The notes: generated by a model not told the origin, from the sequence alone. Numbered from the stretch's first letter, positions 9,467 through 19,660 are shown. The stretch: 64,000 nt of DNA from an uncultured Muribaculaceae bacterium (GCA_944321865.1 CALUMZ010000001.1:63477-127476), one strand, 5' to 3'. Numbers and translations: made by a program.

Positions 9467-10558
9467 TTATTTCATATATAATGGTGTAGGGACGCCAATG
9501 CACAATACGGTTAGTTTCAAATTGTTCTCTTTGGCAGCCTTTTGTTCATTGTCTAACGGTTCATTCCACGGGTGACGTGCAAGTGCATATTTTGAGTGGT
9601 GCACGGTGATGATATTTTGGCAACCAAGGTCGGTAGCGGCTTGCCCTAATTTATCGGGCATGGTGTGTATATATTTCCATTCTTCATTATATTGCCCGTT
9701 TTCGAGAATTGCTATGTCGATGTCGGGAAACTCATGGCCTATTTCTTTAAAATGATTGCCGTAGCCACTGTCTCCGCCAATGAAAACAGAAAGCGAAGGT
9801 GTGCCGATTAGAAATGATGCCCACAAGGTCTTATTGGAAGTTAGTCCCCGTCCCGAAAAATGCCGTGCCGGGAGGCAGTGTACGACGAATCCGGTTTGCA
9901 GGTCGGCACTTTCGTTCCAGTCAAGTTCTATAAGTTGCGATTTGTCGTAACCCCAATATTCAAAATGTTCGCCTACGCCAAGAGGACAAATGACTTTTCC
10001 CACCCGATTGCGCAATTCTTTTACGGTGTTATAGTCGAGATGGTCCCAATGGTCGTGGCTGATTACCAGATAGTCAATATATTCGGGCATGTCGCATGGT
10101 TTGTATATGTCGGTGCCGGGGAATGGCTTGTTGACGAATACAACCGGGGCTGCTTTGTAAAAAACAGGGTCGACAAGAAATCGACGGCCTGACAGTTGCA
10201 GCATGTAGGAAGAGTGCCCGAACCACACAATGAGGTCGCTGTCGCAAGGTAATGCCTTCAAGTCAGACTTAACGGCAGAAATCGGTTGCGAAGGAATCAA
10301 GTTTGCCGGTTTGTCGGTCAGGAAACGCCATATATTGCTCAATTTGCTGCGCTTTGACGTTATTAAAGGTGCCGATTGCAAATTGTGGAATTGTCCGTTG
10401 CGGTAGTGCGGTGAGCGATTTATGCGTTCCAATCGTTCTCCTTGGGGCAGTCGCCCGAAAGCCGGAGTGTTGAGAAATATGTAACCTGCAAGTAATATTG
10501 CTATAATGATTCCAATGAATATGCTTATTGCAATCATGATTTTCTTCTTCATCGTCAT
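9467..10558 (-). CDS. MBL-fold metallo-hydrolase (NAPE-PLD-like), N-terminal membrane anchor
   Basis: HDHWDH (HxHxDH) motif. The ORF track starts at 10630, but a TATTTTTG -7 box (plus 10573-10580) lies inside that extension. MTMKKKIMIAISIF (ATG at 10558 or 10552) is therefore the more likely start. Confidence 0.8.
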   Translation of the reverse strand: MTMKKKIMIAISIFIGIIIAILLAGYIFLNTPAFGRLPQGERLERINRSPHYRNGQFHNLQSAPLITSKRSKLSNIWRFLTDKPANLIPSQPISAVKSDLKALPCDSDLIVWFGHSSYMLQLSGRRFLVDPVFYKAAPVVFVNKPFPGTDIYKPCDMPEYIDYLVISHDHWDHLDYNTVKELRNRVGKVICPLGVGEHFEYWGYDKSQLIELDWNESADLQTGFVVHCLPARHFSGRGLTSNKTLWASFLIGTPSLSVFIGGDSGYGNHFKEIGHEFPDIDIAILENGQYNEEWKYIHTMPDKLGQAATDLGCQNIITVHHSKYALARHPWNEPLDNEQKAAKENNLKLTVLCIGVPTPLYMK

Positions 10559-10837
10559 TATTATTGATTGTGCAAAAATAGTAATAAACCAAACATTGTC
10601 AATAGTCCGCAGATATGTGAGTTTAATCATTATTACGGTAATCTTTACCTTTATTACTGATTACGCGAGTCTGCAGGGAACCGCATTAATTTTATGGTTA
10701 TATTTGCTATTGTAAAAATAAATTATCGATGATGAGGCAAAGGATGTGGTTGCTTAAGACGTTGCGCAGATGCGTAATCGGAACAGATGATTGCACTTGC
10801 GTGGATTATGTTGTTTTCATAACAATTGCGAAGTATC

Positions 10838-11749
10838 ATGATTAAGACGGATGGAATTCTTGACATAAAGACGGTGCATCAATGCAATTGTTGTCTTGGC
10901 AGCAAAACATTGCATCCACAGGTGAGTGTAATTGAACTTGACGGCAACACCGATGTGGCGCAGAATGGTATTAAATTTGATTTCTATACGGTGTTGCTTA
11001 TCGACCGCTATGATGGCATGCATTGCAAATGTTGCGGAATGAGACATTATGATTATTCAGAAGCAAGCATGGTATTTTTGTCTCCCGAGAAAGCATTTGA
11101 CATGACGCATGACCACGTATTGCCAAGCAAAGGGTGGTTGCTTGCTTTTCATCCTGATTTGCTGTATGGGACTACTCTTAATCACACACTGTGCAATTAT
11201 ACTTTTTTTGCATATAGTAAAGAAGAGGCACTACATTTATCATTGCGAGAAAAAAATAAAATTATATGTTGCCTTAAAGGGATTGACGAGGAGTTGCATC
11301 ACCCAATAGACGGACATAGCCGCATTATTATTACGCGACACATAGAATTATTGCTTGACTATTGCAAACGTTATTATGAAAGGCAATTTATAACACGGGA
11401 AGACAAGAATAGCGCATTGATGGCACAACTGTCGAACTTGGTTGAAGATTATATTTTGCAAGGGAAGATTGCCGACGGAGTATTCCCTACGTCGGAGATG
11501 TGTGCCTTAAATCTGGGGTTATCGGTCCAGTATTTTAAAGATTTGTTGCAGTTTTATTCAGGAAAGGCATTGCGGGAATATGTAGAGTTAAAACGCATAG
11601 GTTTGGCAAAAAATATGCTCATGAAGTGTGATTATTCAGTGTCCCGCATAGTAACAGAGTTGGGGTACCCTTCGGTGCGGCAATTCAATATGTTGTTCAA
11701 AAGGCTCACAGGTTTTTTGCCTCAAGATTATAAAGTTGCTCAAAATTAG
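10838..11749 (+). CDS. AraC family transcriptional regulator
   Basis: C-terminal AraC-type HTH (LGLSVQYFKDLL..., IVTELGYPSVRQFNMLFKRLTGFLPQDY). The track start at 10826 is TTG; the first ATG is at 10838. Confidence 0.85.
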   Translation: MIKTDGILDIKTVHQCNCCLGSKTLHPQVSVIELDGNTDVAQNGIKFDFYTVLLIDRYDGMHCKCCGMRHYDYSEASMVFLSPEKAFDMTHDHVLPSKGWLLAFHPDLLYGTTLNHTLCNYTFFAYSKEEALHLSLREKNKIICCLKGIDEELHHPIDGHSRIIITRHIELLLDYCKRYYERQFITREDKNSALMAQLSNLVEDYILQGKIADGVFPTSEMCALNLGLSVQYFKDLLQFYSGKALREYVELKRIGLAKNMLMKCDYSVSRIVTELGYPSVRQFNMLFKRLTGFLPQDYKVAQN

Positions 11750-11761
11750 GTATGATGACTT

Positions 11762-11793
11762 AACCCCACAAATCTAATGACCGATTTGGGGTT
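11762..11793 (-). repeat. Intergenic repeat family, copy D (self-complementary hairpin form)
   Basis: aaccccacaaatc-taatgacc-gatttggggtt. In reverse complement it shares 20/20 nt (CCAAATCGGTCATTAGATTT) with copy F. Confidence 0.75.
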
Positions 11794-11832
11794 ATTTGGG
11801 ACGCGATTTTGGGGGGGTGTGCAGTGGCGTTA

Positions 11833-13197
11833 TTATTCGGGAAGTTGTAACTTTTTCTTGGCCTTTGCTCCCAATTCTTGCAGGGTTTCGACTTGCCGCA
11901 GGATGTTCCCTCTGCCGTCTTGCAATTTAGACATGGCCTTATCGTATGCTTGTCGTGCATTTGTTATGCCTTTGTCGATATTGCGCATATATTCAGTGAA
12001 GTCGACAAAGCGGTCATATAATTTTCCGGCTTCTTCGGCAATTTTCAAGGCATTTTTTGTTTGCTTGTCGTGTCCCCATAGTTGAGAAACGAGTTTAAGT
12101 ACCGAAATGAGGTGAGTGGGGCTTATGATAACTACCCGTTTGTCATAAGCGTATTCCCACAGGTGGGAGTCGGCATGCATTGCTGCAAGGTAAGCACCCT
12201 CATTGGGGATAAACATCATAACGAAGTCTCCGGCTTTACGCACATAGTCTTGATAGCTCTTTGTGGCTAATTCATCGACATGCTTCTTGACAGAGATGGC
12301 ATGTTCGCGCAATTTTTCCTGCTGCGTCTTTTCGTCGGTGGCGTTTACATAATCAACGTATGCCCTAAATGACACTTTTGAGTCGATTATAATATCCTTC
12401 TCGTCGGGTAAATGAACAATGACATCGGGGCGCAATCGATTCCCGGCTTCGTTAGTCAGTGTGTTTCCGGCATCATCTTTTGTAACTTGTACTTCAAATT
12501 GTTCCCCTTTTACAAGTCCGGAAGTTGAAAGAATGTGTTCAAGCATTTGCTCTCCCCAGTTGCCTTGTATGCTGTTGTTTCCTTTTAAAGCATTTGCGAG
12601 GTAGGTAGCATCTTTGCCTATTTGTGTGTTTAAATCTCGCAACAATCCAATCTGCTCACGTAGCGAGGCATGGTTTTCCGAATCTTTTATAGAGCGGTCG
12701 TTAATCTCTTTTTTCAGCCGTTCGATGTTTTCTTTCAGGGGATTCAGTATTTCATTAAGACGGTCGTCGCTTTTGCGGGCTTTGTCATCAAAAATCTTGG
12801 TTGCCAATTCATTAAACTGCAATTGCGCTTCACGTTGAAGACGCTCTTTTTCCGATGCAGCCACAGTGAGACGTTCGTTGTATTTTGAGTTTTCGGTCGA
12901 TAGCGTAATGATACGTTCGTTCAAAAGTTGGATTTGTTCGTTATACTTGTCAAGTTGTTTGCGGGCCTCACCAACTTGGCTGTCAAGGACGGCAATCGAT
13001 GCCTGCCCGGCTGCAATTGCAGCATCGCGGTTAGATATTTCTTTGCGAAGAATTTCGGTAGTTTCAATCATACCGTTTTTTTCTTGCTCGTATGCAGATA
13101 ATTTTTGCAGGCATTCGTTACGTTTCGATATGGTCCAAGCTATTACCGCTGCGGCCACGACGAGCAGTGCCGCTAATATGATTATAGCGATATTCAT
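11833..13197 (-). CDS. rmuC: DNA recombination protein RmuC
   Basis: 454 aa. N-terminal TM, long coiled coil and a C-terminal RmuC nuclease-like domain (FVMMFIPNEGAYLAA). Confidence 0.85.
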   Translation of the reverse strand: MNIAIIILAALLVVAAAVIAWTISKRNECLQKLSAYEQEKNGMIETTEILRKEISNRDAAIAAGQASIAVLDSQVGEARKQLDKYNEQIQLLNERIITLSTENSKYNERLTVAASEKERLQREAQLQFNELATKIFDDKARKSDDRLNEILNPLKENIERLKKEINDRSIKDSENHASLREQIGLLRDLNTQIGKDATYLANALKGNNSIQGNWGEQMLEHILSTSGLVKGEQFEVQVTKDDAGNTLTNEAGNRLRPDVIVHLPDEKDIIIDSKVSFRAYVDYVNATDEKTQQEKLREHAISVKKHVDELATKSYQDYVRKAGDFVMMFIPNEGAYLAAMHADSHLWEYAYDKRVVIISPTHLISVLKLVSQLWGHDKQTKNALKIAEEAGKLYDRFVDFTEYMRNIDKGITNARQAYDKAMSKLQDGRGNILRQVETLQELGAKAKKKLQLPE

Positions 13198-13266
13198 AAA
13201 ATTTGATTTAGTAACTGAATTAAATGAGTGGTTCTATGTCCAAATCGTTTGCCGCATTGTCCCAAC

Positions 13267-15669
13267 TTAGTCAAATATTCCTTCGATTGCTTCATCGGGG
13301 ACAATCTCATCGTCGGTTATTTGGTCAATGGGCACTCCGACAACTCCTCCATGGGAGCAGGGGTCAAATCCTTTGGGGAACTCGAACTTGACATCTTGCG
13401 AATAGGGTAAAGTTGAGTCTCCATATACTTTCATTAAATATAGGCCGTATATTGGCAACGCCATTTCGGCTCCTTGCCCGTTTGCCATTGTGTTGAAGTG
13501 TATGTATCGCTCTTCTCCGCCAACCCATACGCCTGTCACGAGTTGGGGTGTGAACCCCATAAACCAACCGTCGGAATTGTTGTTTGTCGTTCCTGTTTTT
13601 CCGCCCATTTGAGCTGTCAGTTTGTATGGGCTGCGTCTTACACGATTGCCGGTACCGGCATCTACAACATTTAGCAAAATCGACAGTATTTTGTAATATC
13701 CATTCTCGCTTATGCACTCGGTGTGGTTCGGAACAAACTCACTTATTATGTTACCTTGATTGTCGGTTATGCGAGTTACAAAAACGGGGTCAACCCTCAT
13801 GCCCTTATTGGCAAAAGCACTATAAGCCGTTACCATTTCCTTAACCGAAACATCGCAAGAGCCAAGGCAGATTGATTTTACCGGGTCAAGATAATTGGTA
13901 ATGCCGAAGTTATGCATGTTGCGCACTAATTGGGCAGGCGACAGATTATCCATCAAGCGGGCCGAAATCCAGTTGTTTGAATTAGTCAAGGCCCATCTTA
14001 AGGTTACCATTTCTCCAATTCGGGAACGCCCCGAGTTTCGAGGCATCCAAGGCCGTCCCAATTCATCTTTCAATATGGGCTGTGAGTTCAAAAATTCGTC
14101 ACACGGGGTGTAGCCCTCTTCCATGGCGTAGGTATACAAAAACGGTTTTATGGTTGAACCTATTTGGCGCCGGCCTTGGCTCACCATGTCATATTGGAAA
14201 TATCTGAAACTCGGGCCGCCCACGTATGCCTTCACATATCCTGTTACAGGATCCATCGACATGATGCCTGTGCGCAAGAATGATTTCGCGTAAAGCAGAG
14301 AGTCAAGTGGAGTCATCGTGGTGTCAATGTCGCCATCGTAAGAGAAAACGCGCATTTCTCGCGGTTGGTTGAAATTGTCAAATATTTCATCATCGTTGAG
14401 TCCCGCTATTTTCAGGACGCGGTATCTTTCGCTTTGTCTGACGGCTCGTTTTATCAGTTCGTCTCGTTGCTCGGTTGAAAGTTCGGCACGATTTGTGGTA
14501 TAAGGATTTTTCGTCCCTTTCTTTTCTTTTATGAAACGAGGTTGCAAACTTTTCCCAAGGTGCTGGAGTACGGCCGATTCGGCGTATTCTTGCATTCGAG
14601 AGTCTATGGTTGTGTATATTTTCAGCCCATCGGTATAAATGTTGTATTTGGAGCCATCGGGTTTCCGGTTTTTTTCGGCCCAACCGTATAACGGGTTTGT
14701 GGCCCAAGCAATAGAGTCATCGACAAAGGCTTGATAATTCCAACTTGGGTAGTTGCTGCGTTCGGGGTATTTTGCCGACAACATGCGTCGTAATTCTTCA
14801 CGGAAGTATGGCGCGATACCATCTTTGTGGTCTACACGGTGATAATTGAGAACAAGTGGTTTTTTCTTTAATTCTTCGGTTTCTGCGGCCGACAGCATAC
14901 CGGTGCGGCACATTTGGTCAAGCACCACATTGCGGCGTTCCCGAGTACGCTCATTGAACCTGACGGGATTATATAGTGATGGATTTTTTACCATTCCTAC
15001 TAATGTTGCAGCTTCTTCTACACTCACTTCACTCGGCTCTTTACCGAAGTATACATAGCAAGCGCTCTCGATGCCGACGGCATTGTTGAGGAAGTCGAAT
15101 TGGTTGAAGTACATTTGGATTATTTCATCCTTAGTATAGTATCGCTCAAGTTTTACCGCAATGGCCCATTCAATAGGCTTTTGCAGCATGCGCTGGAACA
15201 TGTTTTCATAGTCGGGCGAGTATAGTTGCTTGGCGAGCTGCTGCGTGATGGTGCTGCCGCCGCCGGCATTCTTCTGTCTGAGCAGTCCGCGCTTTACGAT
15301 GGCGCGCAGCAGGGCTTTGAAGTCTATTCCCGAGTGGCTTAGGAAACGTTCGTCCTCGGTCGCAATCAGTGCATTGGTGAGGTTGGGAGACAATTCGTCA
15401 AAATCTACATAAACACGGTTGGCCATGCTTTGGAAATATCGTCCCATTTCTTCTCCGTCGGCAGTATATAGCACGGTTGCATAACGGTCGGTGGGGTTTT
15501 TTAGCTCTTCGACCGGTGGCATATATCCAATTATGCCATTATATATGAGGCAGAAAATTCCGAATGCGATTGCTATTATTGCCACAAACGAGAACCACAT
15601 CCATTTGATAATGCGTTTTGTTCGTTTGGCACGTTTTTGTGTATCTGAATTTTTTTCGTTGTTTCCCAT
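13267..15669 (-). CDS. mrcA: Penicillin-binding protein 1A (GT51 transglycosylase plus transpeptidase)
   Basis: 800 aa. Motifs ATEDERFLSHSGID, GGSTITQQ, STIKP and KTGTT. Confidence 0.9.
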   Translation of the reverse strand: MGNNEKNSDTQKRAKRTKRIIKWMWFSFVAIIAIAFGIFCLIYNGIIGYMPPVEELKNPTDRYATVLYTADGEEMGRYFQSMANRVYVDFDELSPNLTNALIATEDERFLSHSGIDFKALLRAIVKRGLLRQKNAGGGSTITQQLAKQLYSPDYENMFQRMLQKPIEWAIAVKLERYYTKDEIIQMYFNQFDFLNNAVGIESACYVYFGKEPSEVSVEEAATLVGMVKNPSLYNPVRFNERTRERRNVVLDQMCRTGMLSAAETEELKKKPLVLNYHRVDHKDGIAPYFREELRRMLSAKYPERSNYPSWNYQAFVDDSIAWATNPLYGWAEKNRKPDGSKYNIYTDGLKIYTTIDSRMQEYAESAVLQHLGKSLQPRFIKEKKGTKNPYTTNRAELSTEQRDELIKRAVRQSERYRVLKIAGLNDDEIFDNFNQPREMRVFSYDGDIDTTMTPLDSLLYAKSFLRTGIMSMDPVTGYVKAYVGGPSFRYFQYDMVSQGRRQIGSTIKPFLYTYAMEEGYTPCDEFLNSQPILKDELGRPWMPRNSGRSRIGEMVTLRWALTNSNNWISARLMDNLSPAQLVRNMHNFGITNYLDPVKSICLGSCDVSVKEMVTAYSAFANKGMRVDPVFVTRITDNQGNIISEFVPNHTECISENGYYKILSILLNVVDAGTGNRVRRSPYKLTAQMGGKTGTTNNNSDGWFMGFTPQLVTGVWVGGEERYIHFNTMANGQGAEMALPIYGLYLMKVYGDSTLPYSQDVKFEFPKGFDPCSHGGVVGVPIDQITDDEIVPDEAIEGIFD

Positions 15670-15832
15670 TGTTTGTAGAAATGCAATTGTTGGTTTTATG
15701 TATCACCGCTGTTTATCGTGCAAAATTAATCAATTAATGCGACACGTAGCAATATTTATGCCTTAGAATTAACCAGTTTTAAAAAGATGTGTATAAAATA
15801 TAGATTTTTATGTAATTACTTTTTTCTGTGGC

Positions 15833-16429
15833 TTATTCGAGTATTGATGTTCCGTCGAGGTCGGATATTTTCTTTTTCAGTGCGGCGATGTCGTCAAGAT
15901 TGGCTTGAATGGTCATTTCGCATAAGTTGTCGAACTTTTGGTCAATGACTTTCAGGTTTTCTCGTTTTATGAGTTTCATTACATCGTTCATGCCAAGGTA
16001 GGGGAATGTAAAAATGATGTGTCCCTGTTCATGGCATTCAAGTATTGTTGCATTGTTGATGGCGTCGGCTGCGGCTTCTCGATATGCTATTATAAGTCCG
16101 GAAGTGCCCAACAGAATGCCGCCAAAATACCGTACTACGATTATTAGAACATTGGTAAGCCCAAACGAGTTGATTTGTCCGAGTATGGGGCGTCCTGCCG
16201 TGCCCGAAGGTTCGCCATTGTCGCTACTTAGAAATTCGGTTCGGTCGGTACCAATCATATAGGCCCAACATACGTGCCTTGCATCATAAAAACGCTTTTG
16301 GTATTGCTTGATGATTTCTTTGGCTTCGGTCGCGGAGTTTACCGGAATTGCAAATGAGATGAATTTACTCATTTTTTCCTTATATATTCCTTCGGATGTG
16401 GCTGCTAATGTCTTGAAGTAATCGCTCAT
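15833..16429 (-). CDS. yigZ: YigZ / IMPACT family protein
   Basis: 198 aa. UPF0029 signature region HVCWAY...DNGEPSGTAGRPIL. Confidence 0.8.
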   Translation of the reverse strand: MSDYFKTLAATSEGIYKEKMSKFISFAIPVNSATEAKEIIKQYQKRFYDARHVCWAYMIGTDRTEFLSSDNGEPSGTAGRPILGQINSFGLTNVLIIVVRYFGGILLGTSGLIIAYREAAADAINNATILECHEQGHIIFTFPYLGMNDVMKLIKRENLKVIDQKFDNLCEMTIQANLDDIAALKKKISDLDGTSILE

Positions 16430-16466
16430 TATGATAAAAACAGTGGGTTAACATTGCTTGTCACTG

Positions 16467-16474
16467 CAAAGTTA
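16467..16474 (-). promoter_or_regulatory. -7 promoter box TAACTTTG for yigZ
   Basis: Plus strand reads caaagtta, 38 nt upstream of the ATG. Abuts repeat copy B. Confidence 0.45.
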
Positions 16475-16475
16475 A

Positions 16476-16537
16476 CCCAAAACAGTCATTAGGTCGCAAA
16501 TATTTGTATTGAATATGCTTTTTATGCCGCTTTTTGG
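16476..16537 (+). repeat. Intergenic repeat family, copy B (left arm 16476-16500, degenerate inverted arm 16524-16537)
   Basis: cccaaaacagtcattaggtcgcaaa ... atgccgctttttgg. Confidence 0.6.
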
Positions 16538-16558
16538 TTTCCTGCCGGTAATTTTTAA

Positions 16559-17707
16559 TTAGTATTTGTGGTCATCACTTTTCATTTCGTCGGAAGTGAT
16601 GGGTTCCTTGTTGAGGCACCGCCACGCATATACAATGTAGGCGATGACGAAGGGTATGATTACTGTAACCCAACTCATTACCGACAGCGTGAAATAACTC
16701 GAAGAACTGTTGTTGATAGTAAGCGAACTTGCAGCATCGAGCAGCGATGGGTAGTAGGCCGTGTTGTTATAACCGGCAATCCAGAATAATACCATGACAA
16801 CGAGAACAGAGCCAATTCCACTATACCAAATGCCATATTTGAAGTTGTCGCATAATATGGTTTTGCCGTATGCAAACAGTACGAGTGCTGCACCGATGAG
16901 CAGTAAAACCATAGCCCACCACATTTCAATTAAATTGTTCAGATACTTGAAGGGTACCATTGTTATAGTTTCCTTCCCGTCGTGAATGCTGTATTGGTAG
17001 CCATCGGCAGTTAGCAGGGTTATCATAAAAACAATAAACAGCAATGTGAATATTCCGCCATTGATAAGTACGGCCTTGCGTTGCAACTTGTAATTGTTGT
17101 TATCGTTTATTGAATTGATGAAGTATAGGGCAGCTTGCATGCGTGCAAGATACAGGATTGTGAATCCCAACAATAAATTTTTCCAACAGAAAATAGCTTC
17201 TAACCCGTGTGTCGGTGCCCATGTCGATATTGCCGGAGCAGCAGTGTCGAGCAGTCTGCCTTTTTGCACAGTAAATTCGGCACCGAAGAAGAATGTGCCA
17301 ACTGCAACTCCAAGTAGAACGCACCCCAGTATGCCATTGATGTACAAGAAAGTGTCGAATGTGCGTGTGCCGTAAATATTGCCTTTTTTCTTACGAAACT
17401 CATAAGATACGGCTTGAAGAACAAATCCAAGCAAAATCAATGTCCAAAGCCAATAGGCCCCTCCGAAACTTACTGAGTAGAATAATGGGAATGAAGCAAA
17501 AAACGCCCCTCCGAAAACGACAAGTGTGGTAAAAGATAATTCCCATTTACGTCCGAGAGAGTTAACCATCATGCTGCGATGTAGGTCGTTGCGGGCATTT
17601 AACAACATGGTTTGCCCGCCTTGTACGAATAGCAAGAATACAAGTGCAGCACCCAATATGGAAATGAGTAGCCACCAATATGATTGTAATAATTCGTAAG
17701 TTTCCAT
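16559..17707 (-). CDS. cydB: Cytochrome bd ubiquinol oxidase subunit II
   Basis: 382 aa polytopic membrane protein immediately downstream of cydA. Confidence 0.9.
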   Translation of the reverse strand: METYELLQSYWWLLISILGAALVFLLFVQGGQTMLLNARNDLHRSMMVNSLGRKWELSFTTLVVFGGAFFASFPLFYSVSFGGAYWLWTLILLGFVLQAVSYEFRKKKGNIYGTRTFDTFLYINGILGCVLLGVAVGTFFFGAEFTVQKGRLLDTAAPAISTWAPTHGLEAIFCWKNLLLGFTILYLARMQAALYFINSINDNNNYKLQRKAVLINGGIFTLLFIVFMITLLTADGYQYSIHDGKETITMVPFKYLNNLIEMWWAMVLLLIGAALVLFAYGKTILCDNFKYGIWYSGIGSVLVVMVLFWIAGYNNTAYYPSLLDAASSLTINNSSSSYFTLSVMSWVTVIIPFVIAYIVYAWRCLNKEPITSDEMKSDDHKY

Positions 17708-17721
17708 AATAAGGGTTTATG

Positions 17722-19287
17722 TTAAATGGTGTCGATGTTTTCTTTAGATTTCTTTGATATGTACTTAAGCATTATATTAATCTCAGCGATGAGCAATCCC
17801 GTGAAAATTATTGCAAAAAGGGTAAATGTTGTTATTACCGAGGATGTGGGAATGTTGGATATTGCTGCACGTGCAGGCATAAGCCCTTCGATAACCCATG
17901 GTTGCCGACCAACCTCGGCTACGACCCAACCGGCTTCGCTGCATATCCATACTAACGGGATGGATAGCATGGCTATCATTTGCAGGTATTTGTTGCCTTC
18001 GATAATATTACGCTTTTTATATGCAAAAAATAGGACGGCGATATAAAATAAAAGGAAATATCCGCCCAAGATTACCATTATGTGGAATGCATAAAACGTC
18101 ATGGGAATATTGGGTATTGCTTCTTCTACGCTGTTGAAGTACCCATAACCGAAATATTGAAAATCTTTTTTCAGGTCGGAATGAGCCAATAGCATGGCAC
18201 TTTCGTCTCCGGCTAATTGAGCAGAGTCAAAACGCCGCAATGCTTCATGCGCCGATTTTCCACGAGCTATGCGTTCGGCGTATGAAATGCCGCGTATTGT
18301 ATCGCCTTGTGGCGTAAGGCTTATTCCGTTTATCAAATCTTCAACGCCGGGAATGAACGCATCGGAATCGCCTTTGGCAAGTATTGACAAGCCATTGGGT
18401 ATGGATATGTCAAATAGATATGGGGATTGGTTGTCGCCCGGCTGCTTGTCGGGATTTAAAATGCCTGCGGCCACAATCGATTGCCCGCAACTGCCTTTGT
18501 ATAATCCCTCCATTGCGGCGAGTTTCATGGGTTGAACCTTTGAAACAACTTTGGCCGAACCGTCACCGGTTGCCAATGTGGCGAGGATTCCTGCCAATCC
18601 AACCCATCCGGCAACTTTGATGCTGCGTATTGCCATTTCAATGTTGCGCTTTTTTAATAGTAACCAAGCGCATACGCCGATAACGAACACGCCGGCAAGT
18701 GTCCATCCGCTAAGTACGGAATGGAAAAATTTGTTGATGGCAACAGGAGATAATACAAGCGCCCCAAAGTCGTCCATCACATTGCGCATTTCATGGGGAT
18801 TGAATTCCATCCCAACAGGGTATTGCATCCATGAATTGGCAACAAGTATCCATAAAGCCGATAGGCTTGCGCCAATGGCTGTGAGCCATGTGGCCGAGAG
18901 ATGGAATCGCGGAGATACCTTCTTCCAACCGAAGAACATAACGGCAATGAATGTTGCTTCCATAAAGAAAGCCAAGAGTCCTTCAATGGCAAGCGGGGCC
19001 CCGAATATGTCGCCTACAAACCAACTGTAATTTGACCAATTGGTTCCGAATTCAAATTCAAGAATGATGCCTGTGGCTACGCCCATTGCGAAGTTGATGC
19101 CGAAAATCGTCATCCAAAATTTGGTGGTTGCAAGCCATCGCGGATCGCGGGTTTTGTAATAGATTGATTCCATAATGGCTACAATCACCGATAAGCCCAA
19201 AGTCAGAGGAACAAACAGCCAGTGGTACATGGCTGTTAAGGCAAATTGTGCTCTTGACCAATCAACTAATGATGCTAAGTCATTCAT
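17722..19287 (-). CDS. cydA: Cytochrome bd ubiquinol oxidase subunit I
   Basis: 521 aa. WSRAQFALTAMYHWLFVPLTLG and GINFAMGVATGIILEFEFGTNW are typical CydA. Confidence 0.9.
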   Translation of the reverse strand: MNDLASLVDWSRAQFALTAMYHWLFVPLTLGLSVIVAIMESIYYKTRDPRWLATTKFWMTIFGINFAMGVATGIILEFEFGTNWSNYSWFVGDIFGAPLAIEGLLAFFMEATFIAVMFFGWKKVSPRFHLSATWLTAIGASLSALWILVANSWMQYPVGMEFNPHEMRNVMDDFGALVLSPVAINKFFHSVLSGWTLAGVFVIGVCAWLLLKKRNIEMAIRSIKVAGWVGLAGILATLATGDGSAKVVSKVQPMKLAAMEGLYKGSCGQSIVAAGILNPDKQPGDNQSPYLFDISIPNGLSILAKGDSDAFIPGVEDLINGISLTPQGDTIRGISYAERIARGKSAHEALRRFDSAQLAGDESAMLLAHSDLKKDFQYFGYGYFNSVEEAIPNIPMTFYAFHIMVILGGYFLLFYIAVLFFAYKKRNIIEGNKYLQMIAMLSIPLVWICSEAGWVVAEVGRQPWVIEGLMPARAAISNIPTSSVITTFTLFAIIFTGLLIAEINIMLKYISKKSKENIDTI

Positions 19288-19347
19288 GTTTGTGCGTTTG
19301 AATTTGTTGAGTTTATGTCTTAAGTATCTTTATGTATATAGGAGGTT

Positions 19348-19563
19348 TTATCTGTCGTTCATCAATTCGTGCCTTACGTGCCGGGCTCGTTCTTCATCGG
19401 TATCGAAATTCGTATTTAAGAAATCGGGGAAAAAGAATAACTTGAGAACTACGAAAATCAAGAATAATTTTATAAGGATTAATATCCATAACGAGCGACC
19501 CACAGTCATGTTACGGAATCCGTCGATATAAAAATCTATTATTCTTTTTGCCCGGTTAAACAT
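19348..19563 (-). CDS. DUF4492-like small membrane protein, first gene of the cyd operon
   Basis: 71 aa with one hydrophobic span. A small gene in this position upstream of cydA is characteristic of Bacteroidota. Confidence 0.6.
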   Translation of the reverse strand: MFNRAKRIIDFYIDGFRNMTVGRSLWILILIKLFLIFVVLKLFFFPDFLNTNFDTDEERARHVRHELMNDR

Positions 19564-19652
19564 ACAATAGTTGCAATATTGATGAATAGTTTGCCGTTTT
19601 GTGCAATTTAAACAGCATTTATATGAACCATTTAAACGACAACATGGCGTTT

Positions 19653-19660
19653 CAAAGATA
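19653..19660 (-). promoter_or_regulatory. -7 promoter box TATCTTTG for the DUF4492-cydAB operon
   Basis: Plus strand reads caaagata, about 90 nt upstream of the 19563 ATG. Confidence 0.4.
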
